A stretch of DNA of 64,000 nucleotides from Candidatus Nanopelagicus sp. (GCA_044347205.1 JBIIXT010000001.1:12988-76987); one strand, 5' to 3'. Counted from the stretch's first letter, positions 10,128-20,409 are shown. A program made the numbers and translations. The notes: generated by a model not told the origin, from the sequence alone.

Positions 10128-10910
10128 GTGTCCACGGCGATGAAGATTTCCTATGATCCACCGACAGGCAAACCACTTGGCGTAACGAGTTGGTTTAAAT
10201 TTGGTGCAAATGTAGTGCGCCCATTTCTTAATTTAATTGCTAAACGTGATTGGCACGGAGCGCAAAATCTGCCAAAGAGTGGGGCAGCAATTGCAGTCTG
10301 TAATCACATCTCTCATGTTGATCCTCTGGTATTTACCCACTTCCTTTATAACAATGGGCGCGCGGTTAGATACCTAGGCAAGGCTTCTATTTTTAAAGTT
10401 CCAATAATTGGTCGAGTGCTATTAGGGGCTGGGCAAATTCCAGTAGAGCGTGAGAGTGCAAACGCATCGGACGCATTGCAACATGCTGTGGCCTTTTTAA
10501 ATGCGGGTCATTTACTTGGTGTTTATCCAGAAGGAACCTTGACTCGGGATGAAAAATATTGGCCAATGAAGGCAAAAACTGGGATTGCTCGTTTGGCAAT
10601 TATGTCTAAAGTTCCAGTCATTCCATGTGCGCAGTGGGGTGCGCAGAGAATTTTGCCAGCATATAGTAAAAAGTTAAGAATTTTTCCCAGAACAAAGGTG
10701 ACTGTCATAGCTGGTACACCATTAGATTTTTCTAAGTGGTATGGCAAAGAAAATGATCCAGCAGCACTTGAAGAGGCAACCGCCTTTGTGATGAGTGCAA
10801 TTACCAAATTGCTGGAAGAAATTCGTGGCGAGAAAGCACCAGTCGAAATTTTTGATCCAAAGAAATCTAATTTGCCGCGAATTGGAAATTTTAAGAGGGG
10901 CCAGTCATGA
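10128..10910 (+). CDS. plsC: 1-acyl-sn-glycerol-3-phosphate acyltransferase family protein
   Basis: NHISHVD (HX4D), YPEGT, IPCAQWG; conserved position before gpsA. Confidence 0.88.
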   Translation: MSTAMKISYDPPTGKPLGVTSWFKFGANVVRPFLNLIAKRDWHGAQNLPKSGAAIAVCNHISHVDPLVFTHFLYNNGRAVRYLGKASIFKVPIIGRVLLGAGQIPVERESANASDALQHAVAFLNAGHLLGVYPEGTLTRDEKYWPMKAKTGIARLAIMSKVPVIPCAQWGAQRILPAYSKKLRIFPRTKVTVIAGTPLDFSKWYGKENDPAALEEATAFVMSAITKLLEEIRGEKAPVEIFDPKKSNLPRIGNFKRGQS

Positions 10911-11905
10911 AGAAGGTAGCAGTCCTTGGATCAGGTGCATGGGGAACAACTCTGGGCCAGGTCATGTGTGACTCTGGGCAACAGGTTTTAATTTGGGGAA
11001 GAAATAAAAAAGTAGTACGGGAAATTAACCGCCGAAATTCAAACCGAAGATTTTTAAAGGGAATTGATCTGCCGCCACAATTAAAGGCAACTACCGATAT
11101 TAAAGCGGCCCTTGAATTTGCCGATGTAATCCTGCTTGCGATCCCAGCTCAAACTCTTCGTGAGAATTTAGAATCTTGGAAAGCTTTTTTCCCGAGCAAT
11201 GTTCCAGTTATAAGTACATTAAAGGGTATTGAGGTTGCAACTCAGTTTAGAATGACAGAGGTTGCCCAAGAAGTACTTGGAATTGAGAAATCACGGCTTG
11301 GATTAATTACTGGACCTAATCTTGCAAATGAGATTATCGCTCGCCAACCAGCTGGAGCAGTAGCTGCCTCTGAAAACCCACAATTAATTGCACTAATGGA
11401 GAAGTTATTTACAACTGAGTACTTCCGAATTTATCCATCGGATGATCTAGTTGGTTGCGAGTTTGCAGGAGCCGCAAAGAGTGTGATTGCCCTCGCCGTT
11501 GGTATGGCAGTTGGTATGAATTACGGTGAGAACACCCAAGGCTTAATGATTACTCGCGGGCTTTCAGAAGTTGCCAGATTAGGTGGTGCCTATGGTGCTA
11601 ATCCACTTACCTTCTTAGGTCTTGCTGGAATTGGAGATTTGGTTGCAAGTGCGCAATCACCACTTTCTCGAAATAGAAGTTTTGGTGAGATTCTTGGAAA
11701 ATCTGGGTCGATGGCAAAGGCCAGACAACAAAGTGTGAAGACAGTTGAAGGTGTGCCATCTGCGGGTGCGATGCTAGAACTTGCTCACCGTGTTGGAATT
11801 GAAGTGCCAATTATTGAAGCAGTCTCAGATGTTGTAGCCGGCACATTAACGCCAAAGGGTGCAATGAATAGATTGATGACGATCTCAATTAAGGCAGAGA
11901 TTTAA
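10907..11905 (+). CDS. gpsA: NAD(P)H-dependent glycerol-3-phosphate dehydrogenase
   Basis: GSGAWGT, KGIE, GPNLA, GLAGIGDL, SRNR. Confidence 0.96.
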   Translation: MKKVAVLGSGAWGTTLGQVMCDSGQQVLIWGRNKKVVREINRRNSNRRFLKGIDLPPQLKATTDIKAALEFADVILLAIPAQTLRENLESWKAFFPSNVPVISTLKGIEVATQFRMTEVAQEVLGIEKSRLGLITGPNLANEIIARQPAGAVAASENPQLIALMEKLFTTEYFRIYPSDDLVGCEFAGAAKSVIALAVGMAVGMNYGENTQGLMITRGLSEVARLGGAYGANPLTFLGLAGIGDLVASAQSPLSRNRSFGEILGKSGSMAKARQQSVKTVEGVPSAGAMLELAHRVGIEVPIIEAVSDVVAGTLTPKGAMNRLMTISIKAEI

Positions 11906-12948
11906 TGGCTAAAAAACGGGTTGCCATTATTTGTGGTGGCAAAAGCAGTGAACATGAAATTTCATGCGTCTCAGCTGGTGGAGTTTTATCCTCTATTGAT
12001 ACAAGTAAATTTGAAATAGTTTTAATCGGAATTACCAAAAATGGAAAATGGTTGTTATTGCCATCAGATACAAACTTTACAATCACAAACGGTGCGCTAC
12101 CTCAAGTTCCAGAAAGTGGTATCGAAGTGCAAGTAACGGCTAACTCATTACAAGCCGGCGGTAAGGACTTGGCAATTGATGTGGTCTTCCCAGTCTTACA
12201 TGGTCCCTATGGTGAAGATGGCACGATTCAAGGTTTACTTGAAATGATAAACCTTCGATATGTCGGTTCAGGTGTATTGGCAAGTGCAGTAAGCATGGAT
12301 AAATCATTTGCTAAACCAATTTTTGCAGCCGCTGGATTAAAGGTTGCACCAGGAATGGTTGTCACTTCAAGCACTTTTTCACTTTCAGATAACTTAACTT
12401 ATCCGTTATTTGTTAAGCCTGCGCGTAGTGGATCAAGTCGCGGCACAACAAAGGTAAAAGATGAGGCACAGTTAAAGAACGCAGTGGCATTTGCTCTTGA
12501 ATTTGATACCAAAGTATTAATTGAATCAGCGATCATTGGGCGAGAGATTGAGTGCGCAGTTTTACAAGTAGATGGCAAAACAATCGCCTCCCCAGTAGGC
12601 CAAATTGTTATTGATGCCAAGTATGAGTTTTACGATTTCACTGCCAAGTATCTGGATAACTCAATGCAGTTAGTTTTCCCAACCGATCTGCCAAGTGATG
12701 TTGAAGTTAAAATTCAAGCCAGTGCTATCAAGGCATTTAATGCAGCAGGTTGTGAAGGTTTGGCTCGAGTTGATTTCTTTTATTCTAACGAGGGTGAAGT
12801 AATCATTAATGAGATCAACACCATGCCTGGCTTTACGCCACTATCGGTGTATCCAAAACTGATCGAAAGATATGGAATTTCCTATCAGGGTTTGATTACC
12901 AATTTAATAACAACTGCGCTTACTCGTTCTGCAAATATCACCCGCTGA
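11905..12948 (+). CDS. ddl: D-alanine--D-alanine ligase
   Basis: GGKSSEHEIS, LHGPYGEDGTIQG, KPARSGSS, NEINTMPGFT. Confidence 0.97.
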   Translation: MAKKRVAIICGGKSSEHEISCVSAGGVLSSIDTSKFEIVLIGITKNGKWLLLPSDTNFTITNGALPQVPESGIEVQVTANSLQAGGKDLAIDVVFPVLHGPYGEDGTIQGLLEMINLRYVGSGVLASAVSMDKSFAKPIFAAAGLKVAPGMVVTSSTFSLSDNLTYPLFVKPARSGSSRGTTKVKDEAQLKNAVAFALEFDTKVLIESAIIGREIECAVLQVDGKTIASPVGQIVIDAKYEFYDFTAKYLDNSMQLVFPTDLPSDVEVKIQASAIKAFNAAGCEGLARVDFFYSNEGEVIINEINTMPGFTPLSVYPKLIERYGISYQGLITNLITTALTRSANITR

Positions 12949-12950
12949 TA

Positions 12951-13436
12951 ATGGATGGTGTCTTAGAAAAGGCAGCAGTAAAACGTGTTGCACAGGCATT
13001 ACTGGATCATCAAATGGCCGGTCAGATCAAGGTGCTAACTGATTCAGCAAGAAGTGCGGCGGAGGCGGCATCTGCCTTAGGAATTGAAGTAGGACAGATT
13101 GCATCATCAATTCTCTTTAAGATGCCAGATGATTCACCTTTGTTAGTTATAACTTCAGGCCGGCATCGAGTGAACACTGAGTTAGTTGCAAGAAATCTCA
13201 GTCTTGCCGAGCTGCACCGAGTAGATGCTGATTATGTTAAAGAGAGATCGGGATTCTCAATTGGCGGTGTAGCACCAATTGGTTGGTTAAATCCAGCAAC
13301 CATAATTATTGATGAAGCATTAAATGATTATGACGTGGTGTGGGCTGCCGCCGGACACCCACATGCGGTTTTTCCAACAACTTATTCTGAGCTAGCAAAA
13401 ATTACAAAAGCTCAGTCAATGGTGGTTGCAGAGTAA
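12951..13436 (+). CDS. YbaK/EbsC family aminoacyl-tRNA deacylase
   Basis: AAEAASALG, GFSIGGVAPIG, WAAAGHPHAVF. Confidence 0.9.
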   Translation: MDGVLEKAAVKRVAQALLDHQMAGQIKVLTDSARSAAEAASALGIEVGQIASSILFKMPDDSPLLVITSGRHRVNTELVARNLSLAELHRVDADYVKERSGFSIGGVAPIGWLNPATIIIDEALNDYDVVWAAAGHPHAVFPTTYSELAKITKAQSMVVAE

Positions 13437-13443
13437 GAAGTGA

Positions 13444-13680
13444 TTAAAAGGTTGTAACTGGACAGGTAAGAGTTCTGGTTATGCCAGCAACTGCTTGTAC
13501 CTTTGCCAAAATTGTACGACCTAAATCTTCCATGCTTGGCGCCTCAGCGCGCATGATTACATCATATGGACCAGTAACACCCTCGGCTAAAGTTACGCCA
13601 GAGATTGCAGAGACTGATTTAGCAACACTTGATGCCTTACCAACCTCAGTTTGAATAAGAATGTATGCCTGTACTGACAT
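13444..13680 (-). CDS. Lrp/AsnC ligand-binding-domain-only protein
   Basis: VQAYILIQTEVGKA...VTGPYDVI...GITRTLTCPV; conserved divergent neighbour of thiL. Confidence 0.9.
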   Translation of the reverse strand: MSVQAYILIQTEVGKASSVAKSVSAISGVTLAEGVTGPYDVIMRAEAPSMEDLGRTILAKVQAVAGITRTLTCPVTTF

Positions 13681-13783
13681 TTCTTGCCTTTCCTTAATTT
13701 AAATTTCTTGCTAACTAGGTTCATCGATGAACCAGTTACGTAATTAAGGGTAGCCTATAGCGAAGCAAATGGGGAGAGGTAAT

Positions 13784-14713
13784 TTGAGCGCATCAGAGGA
13801 GCAGATAATCGAGCAATTGCAGCGGTTATTTGCCACCAATTTTCCGGCAGACATTGAGGTAGGCATCGGTGATGATGCTGCCGTCTTGCTTGGAATTAAA
13901 AACAAGTTAGTGGCAACTACAGATATGGCTGTTGAAGATGTGCACTTTAATCTGAACTGGTCGAGCCCTTTTCAAATCGGCGCCAAACTAACTACGGCAA
14001 ACCTTGCAGACCTATTTGCAATGGGCGCTACGCCTAAATACTTACTTGTAGCAGCAGCCTTACCGAATGAGATAAGTGAAAATTTTGTATCAGAGCTCGC
14101 AAATGGAATTAGGTCTGTGGCAGATCAATTTAATGTGGCGGTAGTAGGTGGTGACTTAAGTAGGTCTGCAAAGGTTGCTTTAACAATTACTGCATTTGGA
14201 GATCTAGCAGGTACTGCGATTACCAGAGATGGTGCAAAGGTTGGCGATCAGATTTATGTAAGTGAGTTACCTGGCTTATCCGCTGCTGGTTATGCGATCC
14301 TAAATCGAGGCTTAGATCGACCTCGCTATGTTGTGCAGGCCCACCTAAATCCAAAGTTAATCCCACCAACTCAATTAATTAAAGTAGCAACTGCGCTATG
14401 CGATATTAGCGATGGAATCTCCATTGATGGCTCAAATATTGCAAAAGCATCAAAGGTGAATTTTTCACTAGATAAAGAGTTGATTCGCGTAGCTAATGGA
14501 TTTAGTGATTTAGCGGAGTTGGCAACTGAGTTAAATGAAGATGTTTTTGATTGGATTTTAAATGGTGGAGAGGATCATTTCTTCTTAGCTGCAGTAAATC
14601 CTGAAAATATTTCAGGCCTATCAGCCATCAAGATAGGTGAGGTTGTTGCAGGTAATGGAAAGGTTTTACTAGATGGTCAAGAAATTAAAAGAGCCGGGTA
14701 TCAGCACTTTTAG
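13784..14713 (+). CDS. thiL: Thiamine-monophosphate kinase
   Basis: GIGDDAA, NLADLFAMG, GGD, DISDG, GGED, GYQHF; TTG at 13784 follows a GGAGAGG SD. Confidence 0.94.
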   Translation: MSASEEQIIEQLQRLFATNFPADIEVGIGDDAAVLLGIKNKLVATTDMAVEDVHFNLNWSSPFQIGAKLTTANLADLFAMGATPKYLLVAAALPNEISENFVSELANGIRSVADQFNVAVVGGDLSRSAKVALTITAFGDLAGTAITRDGAKVGDQIYVSELPGLSAAGYAILNRGLDRPRYVVQAHLNPKLIPPTQLIKVATALCDISDGISIDGSNIAKASKVNFSLDKELIRVANGFSDLAELATELNEDVFDWILNGGEDHFFLAAVNPENISGLSAIKIGEVVAGNGKVLLDGQEIKRAGYQHF

Positions 14714-14719
14714 TATTTA

Positions 14720-14905
14720 TTAACGAACCGCTTTGCCAGCCTTTAAGCATGATGCACAAACATTTTGGCGACGTGATTGGCCATTAATAAAGGTGCGAAT
14801 CTTTTGAATGTTTGGATTCCAGCGACGACGTGTTGCGCGCTTTGAGTGGGATACATTGTTTCCAAAGCTTGGGCTCTTGCCACATAGATCGCAGATTGAA
14901 GACAC
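14720..14905 (-). CDS. rpmB: 50S ribosomal protein L28 (Zn-ribbon form)
   Basis: CDLCGK, FGNNVSHS, TRRRWNPNIQ, VCASCLKAGK. Confidence 0.97.
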   Translation of the reverse strand: MSSICDLCGKSPSFGNNVSHSKRATRRRWNPNIQKIRTFINGQSRRQNVCASCLKAGKAVR

Positions 14906-15029
14906 TTTTTCTTACTCCCTTAAAATTAAATCTTATTTGAAGGCGAAAGATTACCTTGCAGGCGCATTAATTGGCTAATCGGGTGGGTATTTACGCGAGG
15001 ATTACCTTGCTTCATTAGATACTTCCTCT

Positions 15030-17216
15030 ATGGCAACCCTAGAAACTCGAATCCTAAATATCCTCGGGGATCGCACGGCTGCAGTTCTAGAAAAATCCTT
15101 TGGTATCACAACCGTAAAAGAGTTATTGCGCCATTACCCACGAAGGTATGAGGTGCGCGGTGAATTAACAGACATCTCAAAATTATTAGCTGATGATGAG
15201 GTAACCATCTTGGCGCAAATTGAAAGAGTTAGTTTGCGAAGGGCCAATGGCAAAAATATATTAGAGGTGATTGTTACTGATGGAAGTGCAAATTTATCCC
15301 TCACCTTCTTTAATCAGGCTTGGCGCGAGAAAGAGCTAAAGGCCGGTCGAGTTGGATTATTTGCGGGCAAGGTTGGCGTTTTTAAGGGAAAGCGTCAGCT
15401 ATCACACCCTGATTATCAGATGGTGCCAGATGGTGATGATGTTGATGCAGCGGTGGCAGAGTTTGCTGGAAAGTTTTTACCAGTTTACCCAGCAACGGCA
15501 AAGCTACCTTCATGGAAAGTTATGCAATGCATGAAATTAGTTACTGATTCATTAGATGAAATAGCAGATTACTTACCGGATGAATTAATTGCTAAGTATA
15601 AATATCCATCCTTAAAGCAAGCATTTATCGATATTCATCAGCCAAAAGAGTTAATCAATGCCGAACAAGCCAGGGCACGTTTAACCTTTGATGAAGCGCT
15701 GTTGCTGCAATTGTTATTAGGACAGCGCCGTGCTGAAATAATTAAGATAAGCACGAAGAGTCGAACGCCAAACACACCAGTCTTAGTCAAAGCCTTTGAG
15801 GATAAATTACCCTTTAAATATACGCCTGGCCAGGAATTAGTAAATGCTGAGATTGAAAAAGATCTCTCCAATAAGTACCCAATGCATCGTTTACTACAAG
15901 GTGAGGTGGGATCAGGTAAAACTGTTGTTGCCTTGCGCGCCATGTTATCGGTAGTTGATTCTGGTGGTCAGGCAGCTATGTTGGCACCGACTGAAGTTCT
16001 AGCGCAACAACATTTTAGAACAATAAAAAAATTACTAGGTGAGTTATCTGACTCCGGCACCTTACAAGCAGGTGAGATCGCAACCTCAGTTGAGTTGTTA
16101 ACTGGATCAATGACTGCGGCGGCAAAACGAGAGGTACATGCAAAGTTGGCCAGTGGCACAACTGCAATTGTGATTGGCACGCATGCCCTAATTTCTGATG
16201 GTGTTGCATTTGATGACTTAGGTTTAGTTGTTGTTGATGAACAACACCGCTTTGGCGTTGAGCAGCGAGATGCGCTGCGAATGAAGGCAAAGCAACCACC
16301 ACATCTTTTAGTTATGACTGCAACACCAATTCCTAGAACTGTGGCGATGACAGTTTTTGGTGATTTAGATATCTCAACCTTACGAGAGCTACCTGGTGGG
16401 CGAACTCCGATTCAGACACATTTAATTCCAGTATTAGAAAAACCGCACTACCTAGAACGAGCTTGGCAAAGAGTTCGCGAAGAGGTAGGTAAAGGACACC
16501 AGGTTTATATAGTTGCACCACGAATTATTAATCCAGATAAGAAATTAACTGAGCGCGAAATTCGCGCAGCACAAATGTTAGGTGAGGAGTATTTAGATAA
16601 TCAGAACATGACCGCTGTTGAAGAACTAGCACCTGAACTTGCTGGCGGGGCGTTAAAAGGTTTAAAGATTGCTTTGTTGCATGGACGCCAAAGCAGTGAA
16701 GAGAAGGACCAAACAATGGCGGCATTTTCAAATGGGCAAATCGATGTTCTAGTTGCTACAACTGTAATTGAGGTCGGAGTTGATGTGCCAAATGCTTCAA
16801 TGATGGTAATTATGGATGCAGAGCGCTTTGGTGTATCCCAACTTCATCAACTTCGTGGCCGAGTTGGACGTGGAAGTGTGCCTGGACTTTGCTTGCTGGT
16901 TAGCGCTGCGGCAGAGCAAACGCAAAGCATGGAGCGTTTAATTGCAATTTCTCAAACCTTAGATGGATTTGAATTAGCCAGAATAGATTTAGAACAACGC
17001 AAAGAAGGAGATGTTTTGGGTTCAGCTCAATCTGGTGGAAAATCCCATTTAAGATTGCTGCGCGTCTTGCGCGATGAAGACTTAATTGAAAAATCTAGGG
17101 CGGATGCATTAGCGTTGTTAAAGTCAGATCCCTTACTTACAAATCATCCAGAGTTAATGCAAGAAGTTGCCAAATTAAAAGATCAAGACTCATCGGCCTT
17201 TATGGATAAATCATGA
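15030..17216 (+). CDS. recG: ATP-dependent DNA helicase RecG
   Basis: LLQGEVGSGKT, DEQHRFGV, MTATPIPRT, QLHQLRGRVGRG. Confidence 0.97.
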   Translation: MATLETRILNILGDRTAAVLEKSFGITTVKELLRHYPRRYEVRGELTDISKLLADDEVTILAQIERVSLRRANGKNILEVIVTDGSANLSLTFFNQAWREKELKAGRVGLFAGKVGVFKGKRQLSHPDYQMVPDGDDVDAAVAEFAGKFLPVYPATAKLPSWKVMQCMKLVTDSLDEIADYLPDELIAKYKYPSLKQAFIDIHQPKELINAEQARARLTFDEALLLQLLLGQRRAEIIKISTKSRTPNTPVLVKAFEDKLPFKYTPGQELVNAEIEKDLSNKYPMHRLLQGEVGSGKTVVALRAMLSVVDSGGQAAMLAPTEVLAQQHFRTIKKLLGELSDSGTLQAGEIATSVELLTGSMTAAAKREVHAKLASGTTAIVIGTHALISDGVAFDDLGLVVVDEQHRFGVEQRDALRMKAKQPPHLLVMTATPIPRTVAMTVFGDLDISTLRELPGGRTPIQTHLIPVLEKPHYLERAWQRVREEVGKGHQVYIVAPRIINPDKKLTEREIRAAQMLGEEYLDNQNMTAVEELAPELAGGALKGLKIALLHGRQSSEEKDQTMAAFSNGQIDVLVATTVIEVGVDVPNASMMVIMDAERFGVSQLHQLRGRVGRGSVPGLCLLVSAAAEQTQSMERLIAISQTLDGFELARIDLEQRKEGDVLGSAQSGGKSHLRLLRVLRDEDLIEKSRADALALLKSDPLLTNHPELMQEVAKLKDQDSSAFMDKS

Positions 17217-17788
17217 GTATGCGAATAATTGCCGGCTCCGGCAAGGGGAGAAAATTGTTTTCACCGCCATCAATTACTAGGCCAACATCTGATCGGGCTA
17301 GAGAAGGATTGTTTTCATCTCTTATTTCTACATTTGGCACCTTAGATGGCCTGCACTTTTTAGATCTCTTCGCAGGCTCTGGCGCAGTTGGTGTTGAAGC
17401 GTTATCTCGCGGCGCCGGCTTGGTTGAATCAGTTGAAAGCAACTCAGAAAGTGCCCAGGTTTGTGAAAAAAACTTTGGGCTTTTATTAAATCAACCAAAT
17501 CTTGGAAAATTTAAGGTTCATGAAACATCTACCTTTGAATACATAAATCATTTAGCAAACAAGCAGTTTGAAATTATTTTCTTAGACCCACCATATGAAG
17601 TTGCAAATATTGAGATTGAGAAGATATTAAGGAAGATACTCAGCGGAAATTTGCTGGGAAAGTTTGGCGTAATTGCAATCGAGCGAGATGCCAAGGCCGC
17701 TGCATTCACCTGGCCAGATGGTTTGCAAGAGGTGAAGGTGCGTTCATATGGACAAGGCGCAATTCACTACGGCACACATAGTCAATAA
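17213..17788 (+). CDS. rsmD: 16S rRNA m2G966 methyltransferase
   Basis: MRIIAG, TRPTSDRARE, LDLFAGSG, FLDPPY. Confidence 0.95.
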   Translation: MSMRIIAGSGKGRKLFSPPSITRPTSDRAREGLFSSLISTFGTLDGLHFLDLFAGSGAVGVEALSRGAGLVESVESNSESAQVCEKNFGLLLNQPNLGKFKVHETSTFEYINHLANKQFEIIFLDPPYEVANIEIEKILRKILSGNLLGKFGVIAIERDAKAAAFTWPDGLQEVKVRSYGQGAIHYGTHSQ

Positions 17789-17844
17789 TTTAGATTTGTG
17801 AGCGAGAATGGCGATCTTGCCAATTACTTGCTAGCGTTTAACTT

Positions 17845-18327
17845 ATGAAACGAGTTGTGTGTCCAGGATCCTTTGATCCAATCACAAATGGCCACCTAGA
17901 TATCATTGCCAGAGCAAGTTCATTATTTGATGAGGTAGTAATTGCTGTATTAGTAAATCAAACTAAAAGCTCATTATTCACAGTTGCTGAGAGAATTGAA
18001 ATGATCAAAGAGGTAACTGGAAAGTTTGCAAATGTTTCTGTGGATTCTTGGAGCGGTTTGTTAGTTGATTACTGTAAATCTAATCAGATTAAGACCATCG
18101 TGAAGGGATTACGGGCGGTCAGTGATTTTGATTATGAACTACAGATGAGCCAGATTAATTTGCAATTGCAGGGGGTTGAAACTCTGTTTATGGCCACAGC
18201 GCCATCACACTCATTTTTATCCTCATCCCTTGTGAAGGAGATCGCAAGTAATGGTGGGGATGTTTCAGCCTATATACCAGCAGCTATTGTTAGTAAGTTA
18301 AAATCTAGAGTTATAAAGAACGCTTAA
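17845..18327 (+). CDS. coaD: Phosphopantetheine adenylyltransferase
   Basis: PGSFDPITNGHLDII, KGLRAVSDFDYE, SSSLVKE. Confidence 0.97.
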   Translation: MKRVVCPGSFDPITNGHLDIIARASSLFDEVVIAVLVNQTKSSLFTVAERIEMIKEVTGKFANVSVDSWSGLLVDYCKSNQIKTIVKGLRAVSDFDYELQMSQINLQLQGVETLFMATAPSHSFLSSSLVKEIASNGGDVSAYIPAAIVSKLKSRVIKNA

Positions 18328-18356
18328 CTGGTTTTGCTACTTAAAGGGGAGAGATC

Positions 18357-18836
18357 ATGGATGTAATTGAGAATATCGAGGCAGCAATTGCTGCCATTGA
18401 AGAGGCTCGTTCCGTTCCGCTATCGGCTTCTTGCGTAGTTCATCGTGGTGAGATGCTGGATTTATTAGAGGGAGTTAAGGCTTCTTTTCCAAATGATTTA
18501 GCAAAGGCAATCACAATCTTGCGCCAGCAATCTGAAATTATTGAGAGCGCTAATCAACAGGCGGATTCAATTATTGCCCAGGCCCGTGATGAGGTTTCTC
18601 GACTAGTTGAGCAAACTGCAATTGTCACAGCGGCTAAGAAAGAGTCAGCCAAAATTGTTGCAGATGCAACTGCAGAAGGAAAGAAAGATAAAGAGGAGAT
18701 TGAGGCTTACATCGACTCCCGATTAGCTAATTTGGAAGTTATCTTGAATAAAACTTTGGATGTCATCAGTCGTGGTCGGGAAAAACTTGCTGGCGCTGAC
18801 CCAAAGCAAGCTTTATCTGATCTAAAAGATCGGTAA
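18357..18836 (+). CDS. Coiled-coil DivIVA-related protein (SepIVA-like)
   Basis: EEARSVPLSASCVVHRGEML motif and conserved coaD-X-DUF177-rpmF context. Confidence 0.8.
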   Translation: MDVIENIEAAIAAIEEARSVPLSASCVVHRGEMLDLLEGVKASFPNDLAKAITILRQQSEIIESANQQADSIIAQARDEVSRLVEQTAIVTAAKKESAKIVADATAEGKKDKEEIEAYIDSRLANLEVILNKTLDVISRGREKLAGADPKQALSDLKDR

Positions 18837-18840
18837 GTAA

Positions 18841-19428
18841 ATGGCCAGATCGGTCTTTATCTTTAATACCCATGACTTACCGCATCGCGCCGGTGAAATG
18901 CGTGAGCACCAGTTATCACTTTTACTTTCTGAGCCATTGGGTGTTGATTTACTTGCGATCAAACCAGGTGAGAGCATCGAAGTTGAGCTTCGCATAACCT
19001 CAGTTGATGAGGGAGTGCTTGCAACTGGTGAGATCACTGCAGTGGCAACTGGTGAGTGTGGGCGCTGCCTAGATCCTATTACTTGGCCAATTGATGAAGC
19101 ATTCACTGAGCTTTTTTATTATGAAACTGCAGCAAGTAGGGCAGCTGAGAAAGGCAAGAAGGGAGCTAAAAGTATTTCAAAGCGTGAAGAGAAAAAAGAT
19201 ATTGATTTAGAAGCTGATGAGTTAACTTTTATGATTGGTGATGAGATTGATTTAGAGTTACCAATTAGAGATGCCGTAATATTAAATTTGCCGGTAAATC
19301 CATTGTGTAGTGATGAATGTCCTGGGCTTTGCCAAGGATGCGGTGAGAAGTGGATTAATTTGCCAGCAGATCATGCCCATAACCCAGAGGATCCAAGATG
19401 GGCCGCACTTAAAGGTTTAAATCTCTAG
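18841..19428 (+). CDS. yceD: DUF177/YceD family protein
   Basis: ECGRCL, CSDECPGLCQGCG, DPRWAAL; upstream of rpmF. Confidence 0.9.
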   Translation: MARSVFIFNTHDLPHRAGEMREHQLSLLLSEPLGVDLLAIKPGESIEVELRITSVDEGVLATGEITAVATGECGRCLDPITWPIDEAFTELFYYETAASRAAEKGKKGAKSISKREEKKDIDLEADELTFMIGDEIDLELPIRDAVILNLPVNPLCSDECPGLCQGCGEKWINLPADHAHNPEDPRWAALKGLNL

Positions 19429-19544
19429 ATTTACGCAGGCAGAGAGGCACGTTTTTACAAGATCGCATTTTTCCTAGATAATTCTCACCTGCTGCTTGAA
19501 GTTTGAGTGGCTACTAAAAAACTTTCTTTAAAGGAGTCCTGATC

Positions 19545-19718
19545 ATGCCAGTACCAAAGCGAAAAATGTCGCGAGCCCGCACTCGCTCACGTCGAAGCAT
19601 GTGGAAGACAACTCCAGCGAATTTAGCAACATGTGAACAGTGTCAGTCACCAAAGTTGCAGCACACTGCTTGCCCAACTTGTGGAACATATAACCGTCGC
19701 CAAGTTCTAGAGGTTTAA
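19545..19718 (+). CDS. rpmF: 50S ribosomal protein L32 (57 aa; absent from the supplied ORF track)
   Basis: Own translation: MPVPKRKMSRARTRSRRSMWKTTPANLATCEQCQSPKLQHTACPTCGTYNRRQVLEV; AAGGAG SD upstream. Confidence 0.96.
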   Translation: MPVPKRKMSRARTRSRRSMWKTTPANLATCEQCQSPKLQHTACPTCGTYNRRQVLEV

Positions 19719-19719
19719 T

Positions 19720-20400
19720 CTGTACTCTCGCCTGACCGAGCAACTCGGAATTTCGGTTAAGGATGAGTTGTTACAACTTGCACTAACTCACCGCTCATTT
19801 TCATATGAAGCTGGTGGCTTACCTACCAATGAACGCATGGAGTTTCTTGGGGATGCCGTTCTTGGCCTAGTTGTTACCGATGAACTTTATGAAAAATTTC
19901 CTGAATTAGATGAAAGTCGATTAAGTCCGCTTCGATCCGGTGTTGTAAATATGCGCGCCCTTGCTCAAGTAGCACGCGAAATTAATTTAGGTGAGTATTT
20001 AAGAATTGGTAAAGGTGAAGAATCAACAAATGGCCGAGATAAGAATTCAATCTTGGCTGACTCACTTGAAGCATTGGTGGGCGCAATTTATCTAGAGCAT
20101 GGATATTTAAAGAGCGCAGAGGTTATTTTAAGATTACTTGGTCCATTAATTGATGCTGCTCAAACTTCTGGGGCAGCACTTGATGGCAAAACTGCATTGC
20201 AAGAGTTAGCTGCATCAATTGGTCTATCTGCACCAGAGTATGAAATTGGTGAGTCAGGCCCAGATCATGATAAAAGTTTTACCGCAATCGCAATTTTAAG
20301 CGGTGAGCGGTTTCCGCAAGGTTTGGGCAAGAGCAAGCGAGAAGCGGAGCAGGCAGCAGCAAAATTAGCGCATGATGTGTTAGCAAGCCGCAGTAAGTAG
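19720..20400 (+). CDS. rnc: Ribonuclease III (probable CTG start)
   Basis: ALTHRS, NERMEFLGDAVLG signature, dsRBD with GPDHDKSF; frame opens at CTG 19720. Confidence 0.95.
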   Translation: MYSRLTEQLGISVKDELLQLALTHRSFSYEAGGLPTNERMEFLGDAVLGLVVTDELYEKFPELDESRLSPLRSGVVNMRALAQVAREINLGEYLRIGKGEESTNGRDKNSILADSLEALVGAIYLEHGYLKSAEVILRLLGPLIDAAQTSGAALDGKTALQELAASIGLSAPEYEIGESGPDHDKSFTAIAILSGERFPQGLGKSKREAEQAAAKLAHDVLASRSK

Positions 20401-20409
20401 AGATTTCAC

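Noticed and set aside
19543-19743. 66-aa minus-strand ORF
   Set aside because: It is antisense to rpmF, which the track missed because it is short.
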